A stretch of DNA of 64,000 bases, taken from the NCBI RefSeq assembly GCF_009914755.1, contig NC_060930.1. One strand, written 5' to 3'. Below, piece by piece: positions 41,880-57,644 of this stretch. The stretch comes from the human T2T-CHM13v2.0 reference genome, Homo sapiens. Numbering within the stretch: the first letter of the stretch is position 1; every line of letters begins with the position of its first letter. Below the pieces are notes generated by a model. It had not been told where the DNA came from. It searched no databases and saw nothing but the letters and a program-made list of their open reading frames with translations. The translations under genes and the position numbers were made by a program.

Positions 41880-42454
41880 AAGACAGCTTCTTAAACTGTC
41901 TCCTAAACATGAAGATGCATTCTCCTGAACATTTTCATGTAAGTATCTCAGTTTTGAGCAAGTGTTTCACTGTGCTTCATGGATCACTGCTAATGGATCC
42001 CTTGTCTTCCTCATAACCTTCATCTTGTAATGTTATAACTCATCAGTGTACTGTTAGTGTAATGCTCAGACATGGACAGAATTATTCTAGCACTTTGAGC
42101 AGTCATTCATATAGGCAGTTTAATATAATGAAGGCATTTGGATTTTGTGGAGCTGAGTCCTCATCCTGGCTCCTGGACAGCTCAAGTTATCCATGGCTAT
42201 TTCAATGTCTTCACCTGTGAAAGAGACAGTGAGGCTAGATTAGGCCTAGAATCACACATGTTTAGAGCTAGAGTGAATCTGAGAATATATAGAGTTTATA
42301 ATACTGTCAGGTGGTTGTTTTCTTGAGTCACAATATAAGCATTTACATGTATACGTGCTGCCTTTATTCTGGGGATTTAAGCCTGATGTTTCTGTTTGTT
42401 AACGTTAAACTTTTGATTCTGGCAGGTATTACAATGGTAACCTTTTATCAGCTC

Positions 42455-42509
42455 TGTAGACATGAATTCTAGGTCCTTGAATTTTGTAGATATGAATTCT
42501 AGGCCTTGA
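42455..42509. repeat. Imperfect tandem duplication, period about 30 bp
   Basis: tgtagacatgaattctaggtccttga / tgtagatatgaattctaggccttga. Confidence 0.85.
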
Positions 42510-43760
42510 GTAGCTAATATAAATATTGAATAAGACATGACCAGAACACAGCACTGTGACACACCACTGGAGTTCTCTTTTTAGGGGTGATGGCCTAATA
42601 GAAATGAAGGTAGAATGAGCGTATTTATTTAACTACCTATTATTTACCTCACTAAAATTTAACCAACATTTATCAAACACATCCTAAGAAACTTTATTAA
42701 ATGTCTTACTGAATTAAATAAACCAAACTCATAACACATGGTTTTTGTTTTCTGACATGGTATTGCCTATTGATAATCATCTTATTCTTAACTAAGAGTT
42801 TAAAACCAATTTGTTTAATAATTAAATCTAGAATTTTGCTAGGAATCAGTATGAAACTTACTCATCATTCATGTATATTTTTTAAATGAGCAAGCATTAG
42901 TGTGTCTAGGCCTTTCCTTCTCCAAGATTCTCAGAGATTCATCTCAGTGGCTAATTTCCATGAGCTCTTAGTTATCTGCCCTTAATCTGTCCTCTCCTAT
43001 CTTAACGTCTGTCTTGGTCTCAAGAGTGGTTATCTAGAATTAATGAATTAAAAGGCCTTCAATTTATTTTCAAAGTAGTTTGATGCCGACTATAATCCAA
43101 TATGATACTGTATCCCTTTGAAACATATGCTGGGTTTTGGAATATATTTGTTTATTCAATCATCCATTTATTTGATCATTTAGGACCCATTTTTTACCAG
43201 ATACTGTGTTCAGCACTAGGGTAGCAGATATGAAAGAGACAAAACATCCTTTCAGAGAGTAGATATGAAATGCTTGATGGTGTTTTGTATAGGACCTGTG
43301 GGAAGGAAGAGGAGTGAGTACATAACGCTCCCTAGGAGAAGGAGGGGAGTTTGATTAAGATTCTTTAGTGAGTCCTGAAGCATAGGTAAGAGTTCTCCAG
43401 AACACGGAAGAGGCAAATGAAACAGTTCATTGTAAGGTTTAGAGTAAGAACAAAGTATGAGATGTTTAAGGAACCACATGGAGTGTCTTGAGTGACAAAA
43501 AGAAAACCAGTGACCACCAGAGAAAAAAACAAAAGGACTTTTAAAAAATTCCTGAGTCATAGTTTCAGGCAAAACACTCAAGGGAGACAATTGCCAGGAA
43601 ATAACATCAAGAGGATGCCTCTGAGCATTCAGGTGATGTCATGTTTAGCTCACTCTTCCCTGGTAGGGAATACCACCTGACCAAAAGCTTGAGGGAATCC
43701 TCTTACTAGAAGACCCATCTGAAGCCGCCAGACAAAGGATTAGAGGCTGATGTCCCTTTG

Positions 43761-44361
43761 AGTCAGTGTGGCGATTCCTCAGGGATCTAGAACCAGAAAT
43801 ACCGTTTGACCCAGCCATCCCATTACTGGGTATATACTCAAAGGATTATAAATCATGCTGCTATAAAGACACATGCGCACGTATGTTTATTGCGGCACTA
43901 TTCACAATAGCAAACACTTAGAACCAACCCAAATGTCCAACAATGATAGACTGGATTAAGAAAATGTAGCGCATATACACCATGCAATACTATGCAGCCA
44001 TAAAAAATGATGAGTTCATGTCCTTTGTAGGGACATGGATGAAGCTGGAAACCATCATTCTCAGCAAACTATCTCAAGGACAAAAAGCCAAACACCATAT
44101 GTTCTCACTCATAGGTGGGAGTTGAACAATGAGAACACATGGACACAGGGAGGGGAACATCACACACCCGGGACTGTTGTGGGGTGGGGGGAGGGGGGAG
44201 GGGGGAGCGATAGCATTAGGAGATATACCTGATGCTAAATGACAAGTTAATGGGTGCAGCACACCAACATGGCACATGTATACATATGTAACAAACCTGC
44301 ACATTGTGCACATGTACCCTAAAACTTAAAGTATAATAATAATAAACTTAAAAAAAAAAAA
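43761..44361 (+). mobile_element. Young L1PA (about PA3-4) 3' fragment, roughly 600 bp, sense
   Basis: ggcgattcctcagggatctagaacc...G-rich tract...gtaccctaaaacttaaagtataataataataaa plus poly-A. Confidence 0.95.
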
Positions 44362-45074
44362 GAAAGGTTCAGGCTGGCTTAGGTAACAATTTAATTAAAC
44401 TTTTTGCTTGGCATTTCCCAGGAATTTCTGAAACTTTCTATTTTTATTATTCTTGCAATTTATAGAAACTGAACATTTCAATCCAGTGGAGGATAATAGA
44501 TGTGGCCTCTATCTAGGTTTATTTTGCTAGTTAAGTTCCTGAAGCAACTTAATCCAAATATTTTATTTTGTCCTTAATTAAGAAAGAAAAGAAAGAACAT
44601 GAAATGTAGCCATTTCTTTCATGAATCAAACAAGATTTAATATTTGATCATCAAGAATAAGTGGTAAGTTTCTTGCTTTACCTGCTAATAAATGGCCATG
44701 GTCATATTGAAAAAAAAAATTTTACTGATCTAAATTTCAATAATTTACTAGCCAGAAACACAGTCTCTTGCTGTGATCTTGCTCCTCAAATTGTCACAAG
44801 AATCCCCAGAGATTCTATATGTGTTACCTCTGTGAACTGATCAGTATGTGAGTCAACAGCAGGCCTTGCTATCATTCCCTCCTGATTCCTGAGAAGAGGA
44901 GTAAGAAATTTCAGGTATAATTTGAGCTGGCACCTGAAACTTTTGCTATATCTCTAGTTAGGTTGAAGTATAGCTGTTGCCAGATACACGTATACATATA
45001 GATACATATACATACATATATAGAGAGAGAGAAAGAGAGAGAAAGAGAGACAGACACAGAGATAAAGAGATAAT

Positions 45075-48000
45075 GTTTTGCATTTTATCCAATAGATAAT
45101 TTTTTATACGTTCATGGAACAGTTTGAAAAATTTATGATTCTTTGGACAAAAAAAATAAAAAACTCACCTTAAGTTGAAAAGTAGACATTTTGTAAGACT
45201 CATTCCTTGATATAAAGAATAATAAAGAAACCAATACATGAAGAAAACAGTCCTCAATAACCCCGGAACCAAAGAGTTAATGAAAAGGAAAATTCATAAA
45301 AATCAATGCACAAGAAAAATACTTTATATAAAACATATGGACCATATCAAAAGCTATAATGAAGGTGAAAATACATAGTGTCAAATCTGGTTATTATAAA
45401 GAAGAAAATATAAAAATAATGAAAATATGCTTTTATCTTATATAATAATAATAAATAGCCCCGAAACAAAATAGTAGATGGGAATTAATAAATATGGTCA
45501 CTAAAATCAATGAAACAGAAAATTTTAAAAATTGTAGAAGGGACAAACAAATCAAACACCTGATTTAATAAATGACTAAGAAAATGAATACACAAAGAAT
45601 TAAATTATTCTATTAAGGAAACAGAAAATAGAAAAAAGACAAGCTAGAAATAAGAAAAAAAAATGACCACAGATAGTAGATGGACTTAAAGAATTCTGAG
45701 ACTATTGTTATATGTGTAATTTGAAAGAAACAAAAATTTGATCACCTAGAGAAAATGGATGATTTCCTCAAAAAATATAAAAAATTGACCAAGAATAACT
45801 GGAAAATATGACTACACTAATTACTGTGGAAGAAATTGGAGAGGTGATTCAAAATCTACCATTGAATAAAGCACCAGGACTAATTGGGTTTTTCAGCAGG
45901 GTTTTATGTAGCCAGTGTTATTTTAACTATTCTAGGCTAAAGGAAAGATCCACAGCCTCCAAGAAGTCAGCATAATGTTAATACTAAATCTAATTTTTTA
46001 AATATAACTATATTTTATTTATTGTTATAGATACAAGTATTTTTAAATAAATATTACCAAACAGAATTCAACCATTCAGCAAAAGAAAAATCAAGTAGGA
46101 TAATACTATGAAGTCAAGGTGGATTCATGTTAAGAAGTTATATATATCAACATAATACATCAGCCAATTAAAGCATAAAAGTTAAATGATTATATCAGTA
46201 GATGCTGAAGCTTTTGATAATATGCAATATTCATTCCTAATAAGATCTTCAAGTAAAATAGGAATTGATGAAATATTTTTACTAAAAGCCAGCAGCAAAT
46301 ACTATTCTTAAAAAGGGCAAAAATAGATTAGAAATGAAATATGCAGAATTTAGACTTAAGGAGATAAAATTGCCATAACCATTACTTCACAAGAAAATTA
46401 AGTAACCTATGTAGCACTAGAAAAAAGAGATAAACTACCTTTTTTTACTAATGAGTTGACTCTATAGGTAGAAAATCTAAGAGACTTTGGGAGAAAATTT
46501 AGAATTTAGATACCAGGGATATATTTAAAAAACAATAGATTTTGTTTATTTTAGCCTTAAACATCTAGGAATGTAATGGGAAATATTCCATTAATATAAG
46601 TGGTAAAAGCAATAAGAATTTTGGAAAAATATGAATAAGAAAGGGACAAGATGTATACAAACAAAATCAAAGGGCGTAAAATAAAATCTAAATGAATGTA
46701 TGTAGATACACCATTTTCTTTAAAATTATAACCTTAAAAGTTCAGTAATTCAAAATTAATACGTAAATGTAATGCAATACAAACAGGAATTCCAACATGT
46801 TTTAAATTTTGTCTTGAAGTTGGTAAAATTTTTTAAAGTTTATATGAACAAATAAATAACTAAAAATAGTCAAAAATTTTTTGAGAAAGAGAAATGTAGT
46901 AATTTAGAAATTTAGGGTGAACTTGCTTTACCAGACATCATAACATTCTATAATGTCATAGTAACAAAATAAATATTGCATCATGTAGAATAAAGATAGA
47001 TAGACTAAACCTGAGAATCTAGAAACTGGCCTCAGAAGTTATGTGAAGTTAATTTAATAACTTTTGTATTTTTATTCAGTTATTCAGTTGAAAGGATGGG
47101 TTATTCCACAGGTGCATTGGCACTACCGAGTCTATCCACGAAAAACTATTTTATACCCTATATAAAAATAAATGCCAGATAGATGAAGGACTTATATAAA
47201 AATCAAAACAAAGCAATAAATACTTTACATTTGTGTAATCCAGGATTAAGTGTATATCTAACCAAGATTTGAAACCCAGGGACTGTAAAGTAAAAGATAG
47301 ACATATTAGACATATAAAAATTAAATGTTTCAGTGGTAAAGTCATAATCGAAATCAAGTAGGAAATAATTGTTCTGATAAAATATAATTAATAGGTGACC
47401 AGTTAACATTTGTACGTTCCAAAGAGTTTTTAAAAGCTGAGAAAAGACAACTCAATATTTGAAAATGGACAAAATGTGTGAATAGGCAGCTCGCTAAAGA
47501 GAAAAATTCTAATGCTAGTAAACATGTGTAAGGCTCAGATTCACTGGTAGTCAGTGATATGTAATGTAAAGCAATTATGAGATTTGGCTTTACAGCCATT
47601 AGCCTGCCACCTGTTGCTGGATGTGATTCAAGGACAAAGGCATTCCCATACATTGCTGGTGGTAAGTGTAGAGCTACAGTCTCTTTTAGAAAGCAACTGG
47701 GTAATATCTATTCAAAAATGAAAAAAATGCATAATCTTTTTACCTAGAAATCACCTTCTTGAAAATCTGACTTATATAAATATATTACATGCATGTGATG
47801 GCCTTTATTTTTTAAGTGGTATAAGCTTTAATACAACTCCTAACACAAATTCTGTTAAATTCAAACATTTGCTGGGTTCCTAGAACAGTGCTCACAGAGT
47901 TGGCACACAAATGTTATAACATAGTATTACTTGTTAGGTATACAAAAAACAAACCATACAGAGTTTTTGCCAATGTGGAATATAATGGTGTTTTGTAGGG

Positions 48001-48300
48001 GCAGAAAACTGGAACTGAGTGAGTGTCATTAACAAGAAAACACCTGAATACATTATGGAACATCTATATCATAGAGTATTATAGAACTACTGAATAAATT
48101 AGGATTCTGCTGGGTAATCTAAATTGATATGTAGAATGTGATGATGAGGGAGAAAATAAAAAATGCAGAAAAATGTATATAATATAACCAATTTTTAAAA
48201 CAAAAGTGATTAAAATCCTGATTGTGCCTGTATGTATGTGTGCATCTATTGTAACTTATGATGACATAAGTTTGGAGTAAAAATTTGGAAAAATACTTAC
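45075..48300 (+). mobile_element. Ancient, highly diverged L1M/L1ME ORF2 and 3' remnant
   Basis: A-rich strand with L1 motifs: ctagagaaaatggatgatttcctc, aagcaccaggac, gatgctgaagcttttgataa, catacattgctggtgg. Confidence 0.75.
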
Positions 48301-48951
48301 AAACTTAAAAGTTAATAACAAAAGTCTGGCATCCAGAAAAGGAGTAAAAGAAATTAAAAAGTGAGAGGAGAGTATGATTTATTGTCTTACTTCAGAACTT
48401 ACATTATATTATATATATTCTTCATATTTAAAAAAACATTTAACATTCATAAATTTTGTATGTGTTTTATATTTATAAACTTTTAAATTTATAAATGTTA
48501 TATTCATAAAATATAGGTATAAATATATATCACATTACATACATAGATACATGCATTGCATATGTTCCCTTGCCCATGCCAAGTCTTGCAAAGAAAACAT
48601 TTTAAAATCTGTCCTAAAATATATGTTTCATGTATTTAAGGATTTATATAAAATTACAAATATATTTTAGGTAATTTTTTAATTTCAAGAAAAGCACAAG
48701 AGAAATGGATTAAAGATAGGAAAAGCAGCAAAGTAGCTGCTACAATAATACACAAATGAAATGACCAAGGAGCATGACAAACATAATGCCAGGATTGTTG
48801 CCATCATTGTTGCCATCATAGCAATGACAATGTGAGGATCATGGTGGAAGCAGCAGCAATTTAAGAACAAAAATGAAGATATAGAAAGAAAAAAAGAGGG
48901 GGAGTTAAGAAGAATAATTCTGTTCTGATGCATTGGTCTATTTGTCTACAC

Positions 48952-49305
48952 TTTTTTATTTTTATTTTCATTTTTTGAGATGGAGTCTTGCTCTGTCTCC
49001 CAGGCTGGAGTGCAGTGGCACAGTCTCAGCTCACTGCTACCTCTGTCTCCCAGGCTGGAGTGCAGTGGCACAGTCTCAGCTCACTGCTACCTCCGCCTCC
49101 CAGGTCAAGCGATTTTCCTGCCTCAGCCTCCCCAGTAGCTAGGATTACAGGCACCTGCCGCCACACCCGACTAATTTTTGCATTTTTAGTGGAGATGGGG
49201 TTTCACTATGTTGGCCAGGCTGGTCTTGAACTCCTGACCTCGTGATCCACCTGCCTCGGCCTCCCACAGTGCTGGGATTACAGGGGTGAGCCACTGCACC
49301 TGGCC
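48952..49305 (-). mobile_element. AluS (Sg-like) with an internal 50-bp tandem duplication
   Basis: Alu consensus; 48991-49040 is identical to 49041-49090; TSD tacactttt. Confidence 0.95.
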
Positions 49306-49457
49306 TACACTTTTAACAATACAATATTGCCAAAATATTATAGCTGATGTTTATAGTGAGTATTTAGTAGGGAAAATTCCTCACCAGGCTCTTTAAGATT
49401 ATCTTGGGTATCCTAGAACCTTGGCATTTTCATATCAATTTTAAAATCAACATGCCC

Positions 49458-50900
<1,443 letters not shown>

Positions 50901-52984
50901 GCTTTGTTTATGTTTCTCCTGAAAATTTGAAATTTTTGCTCCAGTGGTTATAAGGAGAACTACATAAAATATAGTGAAGTTTCTATTTCTGCAGTCAGTG
51001 TCTATTGATTTCCTTCCCTAGAATGGCTGAATTAACATATTTCCACTTCTTCCATCCCTGCCACTCTCTGATGTCAATGAATGACATATTTTTAGTTTTA
51101 CCTTGGTATTGTTAATATGCTTATCTTTGTTACGTATTTTGGTTTTAAAGGCAACTTAAGTTGATTTTAAAGACAATCTTTTAACACCTCACTACAAAAG
51201 ATAATGGACTTAAACTACCCATTATTGCCACCCTCTTTCCTCTCCTTCCTTCTAATTTTTGTCAGATATATAATTTTAGCATTTTTTGGTATTCATAATA
51301 TTTACATCCTGTTCTTAAGTCGCAAGCCCTAATTTTTATCTTATTTTTAGTCTTGTAGCTAAATGAAACCTATGTTCATTGTCAATCTTTTGCCTGAAGT
51401 TTCTGTATCATTCTCTTGGTTGGCTGATGTTTGCCTCCTAGTTTTTTCACAAAAAGTTAATGAGAAATATATATGCGAAGGACATGGAAGTCCCCCAAAC
51501 TTTGCTTTCACTTTATACTTTAATGACAATTTAGCTGTGTTTATAGTTCTTGAAAGATTATTTGTTTCCTTGGGGACATTTTAGCCATTAGTCTTCTATC
51601 ATTGAGTGTTTGAATGTTGCTCGGGAGTTATCTGAGATTAGCCAGCCTAAAACCTATTTCCATAGGAGATTGATAATTTTCTTCATTTTAAAGAAATAAT
51701 TAATGCAAATGTAATAACCAAATGTGTAATTTAAGAGCTGCATTTAAGAACTGGTAACATTTGAAGAAAAAACATTAGGTTTAATTTGGGTAGGTTCAAA
51801 ATGTCTCCCTACCCACTTGTAGTTGGGATCAGAATACAAAGTACACCTCAAAACATGTCTTTTAAGGGAAGAATTGTTTCCTTGGGTAAGATAAAACTTG
51901 AAACTGAATTCCTCACTATTGAAATTTTAATAGTACAAGGTTAAAAATGGCATTCAATATGAGTTTTGTTGTGTGGGATGGTTTTGGAATCTTTAACTGA
52001 ATAATTCCATTTGTTTAAGTAGTGAGGTACTAACTTTCAGAGGAAGAGACTTTAAGAGAATCAGTTGAAAATGACTAATGCCAAACATGAAAGCAGCATC
52101 ATCATTTCTTTACTCATTCCTCAGAAGAGAAACACCCTTACTGCCATCCAGAGGTCTATGGTCCAGTGGCGAGTTCAGCAACATTAGCAAAGGGGGTGAA
52201 GGATGAGAGATGACTCAGAGACTTTTCAGTCAGGTCTATTGAAGAGATAGCTTAATCAGGAAAATTAGGACCACTTTAAAATGAGTATCAAGAGTGGAAA
52301 GTAGAGACATGCTAATAAGAAGATAGGACTTCTGAAAAAAAAAGTAGCTGAGTATATATGCAAACAGCCAGGACCCTGGAACCTAAGTTTCCTTCACCAT
52401 TACTGAACGTTTTCAAAAATTCCTTAAACTTCTATTTCTTTGTCTAAAAAACTGTGAAAATTTTCCTTATTTCAAAACTTTGCTCAGAAATGTCTCTCCT
52501 GAGAGTCTTTGAAAGTTTAGGGCATTTAAAAATGCATATTATTAATTTTACTGAGTTAATAGCCATTATAGTCTAGTAGTGTGTGTAATATATATCAGGG
52601 GACATCTTAAAAGGCATATTATCATAAAATGCATATTTAAGGACTTTCCACCTACATAAATTGAACTTAATAGATTATAACAAGTCTAGTGGGCCCATTA
52701 GGGTCTTTGGAAAATACAGTTCAGGGCCTTGTTAAAACATATATTCTTCATGTCATATTCTACTTAAGGAGCTTGCTTCAGTAACCTAGAATTTGAATAT
52801 GTTTGTCTTGCTTAGTCATGAAAAATGAAAATAAAGAACTCTTTCTTTTTCAGTAAGACAGTCTACAAAGTCAGGAAGAAAGCAAATTTTGCCGCTAATT
52901 ACATTGTTTTTAGTTTCAAATAACATACATAGAAAAGTGTCAATTAAAATAATAGCTGCCAGTAAAATGTTAAATGACTTACAC

Positions 52985-52988
<4 letters not shown>

Positions 52989-53032
<44 letters not shown>

Positions 53033-53043
53033 TATATATATAT
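52989..53043. repeat. (TA)n(CA)n microsatellite
   Basis: Direct reading. Confidence 0.97.
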
Positions 53044-53163
53044 TAATCCTCCTTTTATAAGTCAGAAATGTGAGGGATTATATGTTTCAGTTTAAGCTGA
53101 GGTTATTGATTGTTAGTTACCAATGGATATACTTCAATGAGAAGCATTGGGTATAAATTATGT

Positions 53164-53350
53164 CCAGTGTTTCTCATAACGTGATCTGAAAAACCACCTA
53201 CATCACAATCTCGTGGGTGCTTAAAATGCCTGTTTCTGAGCCTCATTCCTGATCCCCTGGATCAGAAGTCTAGGCATGTGCCTTGGGAATTTGCATTTTA
53301 ATAAACTCTCTTAGAGATGGTTGCATAACAACTAAAGTTTGAGAGCAGTT
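53164..53350. mobile_element. MER5-type hAT element
   Basis: cagtgtttctca...gggaatttgcattttaataaactc...aaagtttgagagcagt. Confidence 0.7.
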
Positions 53351-53674
53351 ATTTTAATGTGCAAACCTATACACATAATGTACTAAATATGTGAAGCCCT
53401 ATCTAGAACGAACTTCTGGGCATATATACTTTGACCGCAGAGTTTATACTACAATTCCTTAAACTTTCTTCAAGTAATGCTTATTTTGAAACCAGTTCTG
53501 GTCTCCAGTGCCCAACTTGGTCTTATTTAGAAAGCCACTGAGCTTTCTGGCTCTAAGACTGAGACATGGAGCTCTAACTTTGTAGCTGCAATTGGAAAAT
53601 GCATTAATAAGATATTTGAGTGCAATTGCCCATTAGAAATTCTATTTCTAAGATTTTGGATACTTTTTGTATTT

Positions 53675-53838
53675 TGTTTCATTTTGTGTTGTGTTGTGTT
53701 GTGTTGTTTGAGACAGTCTCACTCTGTCACCCGGGCTGGAGTGCAGCAGAGAAAACACAGCTCACTGCAGCCTTGACCTCTTGGGCTCAAGAGATCCTCC
53801 CACCTCAGCCTCCCGAGTAGCTGGGACTACAGGCATGA
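53675..53838 (-). mobile_element. Alu monomer (FLAM/AluJ-like) with a (GTGTT)n-derived tail
   Basis: ctcactgcagccttgacctcttgggctcaagagatcctcccacctcagcc. Confidence 0.85.
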
Positions 53839-56238
53839 CTTTTGATATTCCTTAAAAATCTTTTTTTGTTGTTGTTCAAAATCAAGAGGCATCATCCCAA
53901 AGGTGTCCACTCAAGGCCTATGGATATTCAGCAATGATAACTGACTCTTATCTGCAGCACATCACTAGCTACACCAACACAAAACAAAACACAGCAAAAT
54001 AAAATCCTTCTGTCATGTTCATTTATCCTACAGTCTTCCTCAAAGTGGAATTATAAAAAATGGAATTTTATTATTTACTAATAACTCTATGTCTAAATTT
54101 GTTTTTCCTGTTTTCTCATTTTACAAGTGCAAACATTATCCTCTTGACTCAGTGAAAATTAGACTTATTCTTGACCCAGACATACGGCTATACTGAAGGA
54201 AAATTCATCATTGGCTACTGAGAAGGATCAACTCTGATAGCTGAAATAAATTTGAAACAAATCTCACACTAGAGACTTGAAAGTCCTTAAAACGATTGCT
54301 TGGTTTCACAAACAACACTGTGTTTTTAACATATAGAATCGGCTAGAGGTCCTTATGTGCTTGTGAAATTTTCCAAATGTGAAAGACATAAGCACCACCG
54401 TTTGTATCACAGCTCTTTCTTTCACTGGCTTCTAGGACTTGAATCTAACAAAATACCTCCCAGCTGTGCTTAACTGCCTTGTGGGGTTGGTTCTTGATTG
54501 TTGGTAAGGATTCCCTGCCATGCTTACTTGGGAGCCTCCTAACATTCTTCCTTCTCCTGGAGAGAGCCCCTAATGGAATGGAGTTCTTAATACCAGAAAA
54601 TTGCCTAGAAAATTTACTCAAGTAGTGGGCTTTCTCAACCCAGGGTTACAGTAAAAGGGAAATGTGAAAAGTTTAGAATTAAGTATGAACATCTAGTTCT
54701 GACATGGGAGGAATAAACTGAGTACAGCATGTAAGAAAGATAATTATTTGGACCCTTAAAGCTTTAAACCAAATACTCTGACTCATACAGGTTCTGGAAA
54801 AGACTCAAAAATGGTTCACTATTGACCCTGCTGTAAGAAACAGATCTTTATTTTGTTTTTTAAAGAAGTTTTAAACACCAGATTCGAAATGACTTAAATA
54901 TGCAAAAGTGCAGCATTATTACCATTTTCTTTCCCCATTCTTATATGTTCATTCTCTAACTGCAGCCTCATCAGTGGTTTACTACACCAAAGGCAGTGAA
55001 AAGGTTACATGTCATTTCCTGTACTCCTCATATTCACTAGATTTGACTATAAATTCCATAGTGAATTACAGCACCACCATTATTAAAGTAATATAGGCCA
55101 AAAGATAAGCATTACTTAGTGTGCTTAGTGCTTAGGATTTTGCATGAAGTATCTGAAAAGGGTCTTCTGCCCTCCACCATATGTGGGCTTTTAATAGTTG
55201 GCTTTTCCTTATTAGTTCCCAGATGAGAAATTAATAAAACAAATGATCGTTGCTACTGATAAATAAATGCTATACCGGAATCATTTGGGAAATCACTACT
55301 GCTTATGAAAAGACTTCTAGCACCTCTTATACCTTTCCATGTATCAGACAAGAAAGTTTACTGAGTTCTGTGCTAGATGCTCTGGTGGAATAAAAAGGAA
55401 CTAGAAAACAACACCCACGTGTTAAGAGACTGATAATACCGTTGGAGATTCAAAACAAACCTCTTCCCCTCCTCCCTCAGCAGTCTCAACTTGTCTTATC
55501 AGTTCAATCATCATCTCTCAAGAGGATGGTTCCTAAATCTATAACCTAAACCTGATATCTTTCCTGGAGTCTGGTCTACTTTACCCAACTACCTGTTAGA
55601 CATCTCCTCCTGGATGTCCCATTTATTCCTTTGGTTCAGCATGTTCAAAACAAAACCCTTCTGCTTTCCTTTCACATCTGCTTTTCTTCCTGCATTTGCT
55701 CTTTTCTATTTGTGCTGATAACATCACCATCCTTCTGGGCTTTGCACAGGTCTGAAACCTGTAATTTTTATGAACTCTTGCTTCTCCCCTCTTTTCCTGT
55801 CACATCTCATTTCTCATAGCCGCCCTTCTTTTTCAGCCCCATGGCATTTCCCTAAGTTCTGGCTTTCCTTGCCTTTGCCTAGATTGTTGGAATAGGTTTC
55901 TAAGTAAATTACATACCGCTAAGTTTTTTACCCACTAATTTTTTCCTACATAACTAGCTCCATTACTCTCCAAAAAGTACAATGCCGGGGTTCTACTCAA
56001 AAAGAGTCAGTGCCTCCTCAATGGCTAAAAGAGCATGTCCAGACATCCCTAACTTGCCCTTCGTGGTTTCTACAACCTGATTCTGCCTGCCTTTCCAATT
56101 TAGTTTCATAGAATTTTCCTTTTTCGGAATCCTGTGCTTTACCTAAAGCAAGTAACTTGCTAATCCATATATTTGTGCCTTTTCTTTTACTTTTCCCTTG
56201 TTCTAGAATAACGTCCCTCTATTTCTTTTGATGTAGAT

Positions 56239-56437
56239 CAAGCTTGTCCCAACCACGGCCTAGAACAGCTTTGAATGTGACTCAACACAAATTCGTAAAC
56301 TAACATAATGAGAGTTTTTTACTTTTTTTTTTTTTTTTGCTCATCAGCTATTGTTAGTGTTAGTGTATTTTATGTGTGGCCCAAGATAATTCTTCTTCCA
56401 ATGTGGCCCAGGGAAGGCAAAAGATTGGACACCACTG
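56239..56437. mobile_element. MER30 (hAT-Charlie)
   Basis: gctcatcagctattgttagtgttagtgtattttatgtgtggcccaag...aaaagattggacacc; 8-bp TSD atgtagat/atctagat. Confidence 0.9.
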
Positions 56438-56494
56438 ATCTAGATCCTACCTAAAACATGGAAACTTGCTCAATAGCCACAGAATTAGACTAAA

Positions 56495-56710
56495 ATTTAA
56501 GAGCCAATTTCTAGAACAGAATGGTCTAGGTTCAAACCCTGGCTCTCCCACTTTACTATGTCAAAATACTTTACCTTCCTCTACTTTAGTTTCCTCATCT
56601 CTAAAGCAGAGTAGTAGTACCTAATCCCTAGTGCTATGATGAGGTAAATGAGTTAAAGCTCTTAGACTAATGTTTCATGTCTATAAGATCTTATATAAAT
56701 GCTAGACTTC
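56495..56710 (+). mobile_element. MIR
   Basis: ctaggttcaaaccctggctct...agtttcctcatctctaaa. Confidence 0.7.
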
Positions 56711-56879
56711 AATTGTGAATGAGTAATTTTTGCCTTCATTTCTAGAGCTTTATCTTGTTAAGAAAATTCTCATTGCATATCAAAAAGCTTAATAATGAAT
56801 GTGTACAAATGATGTATCTCTTTATTTGTGAGCATGTGAAGTACCCACTTATAAAGACTCTGGTCCTAGGCATAATAAA

Positions 56880-57622
56880 AAATTGTTAGTATGGACAATT
56901 TCAAATAAACACAAAAGTGTGCAGAATAAAATATTGAACACCTGTATATACTTCAGCTGTCTTCAATTCACAGCCAATCTTGTTTCACTTAGACTCCGTC
57001 TTGTATTATTTTGAGGCAATCCCAGTCAGCATATGTTTCAGCTATTAACAGTTCAGTCTGTATCTGTAAATGATAAGGCTTTTGTTTTTACATAATCATT
57101 ATTTCATTATAACACTTAAAATTTTTAAACATAACTTTTTAATATCATTAAGTAGTCATTTGGTGTTCAAATTTCCAATAGTATCATAAAATCATAATTT
57201 TCGTTAACAATTTGCTGTAGTCAGGATCCAAATAAGATAGGCACATTCTAGTTGGTTGCTGTGCTTTTGATGGTCTCTTGATCTATAATTTTCCTCCCCC
57301 TCTCTGTCATTTTGTTTGTTTTATTACATTATTTGTTAAAGAATCGGGGTTGTTTGTCCTGAAGAATCTTCCATAGCCTGGATTTGCCAACTGCAGTTTC
57401 ATGGTGTACTTTAATATGTTCCTCTCTCCTCTGTGTTTCCTTTAAAGGGTGGTTAGATCAGTTTAGGTGTGATGTTTTTAGCAAGACTACTTCATAAATT
57501 GTATGGTGGTGTGTGCCAAGAGCCACATAATGTCTGAAAATCTTTCTTTTTGTGATGATTGCAGCCATTGATCATCAATATCTAGGCCAATTAATTCATT
57601 CAGGGTCACAAAATGGTGATTT
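56880..57622 (-). mobile_element. L1MC-like 3'UTR remnant
   Basis: caatttcaaataaacacaaaagt...gccaatcttgtttca...caggatccaaataag...aaaatggtgattt. Confidence 0.6.
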
Positions 57623-57644
57623 CTTAAAAGGATTTATTCAATTT

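Noticed and set aside
42585-42609. ttttag|GGGTGATGGCCTAATAGAAATGAAG|gtagaa as a decayed 27-bp collagen exon
   Set aside because: It is 25 nt, needs an indel and a substitution to give Gly-X-Y, and has a weak donor, so it is compatible with chance.
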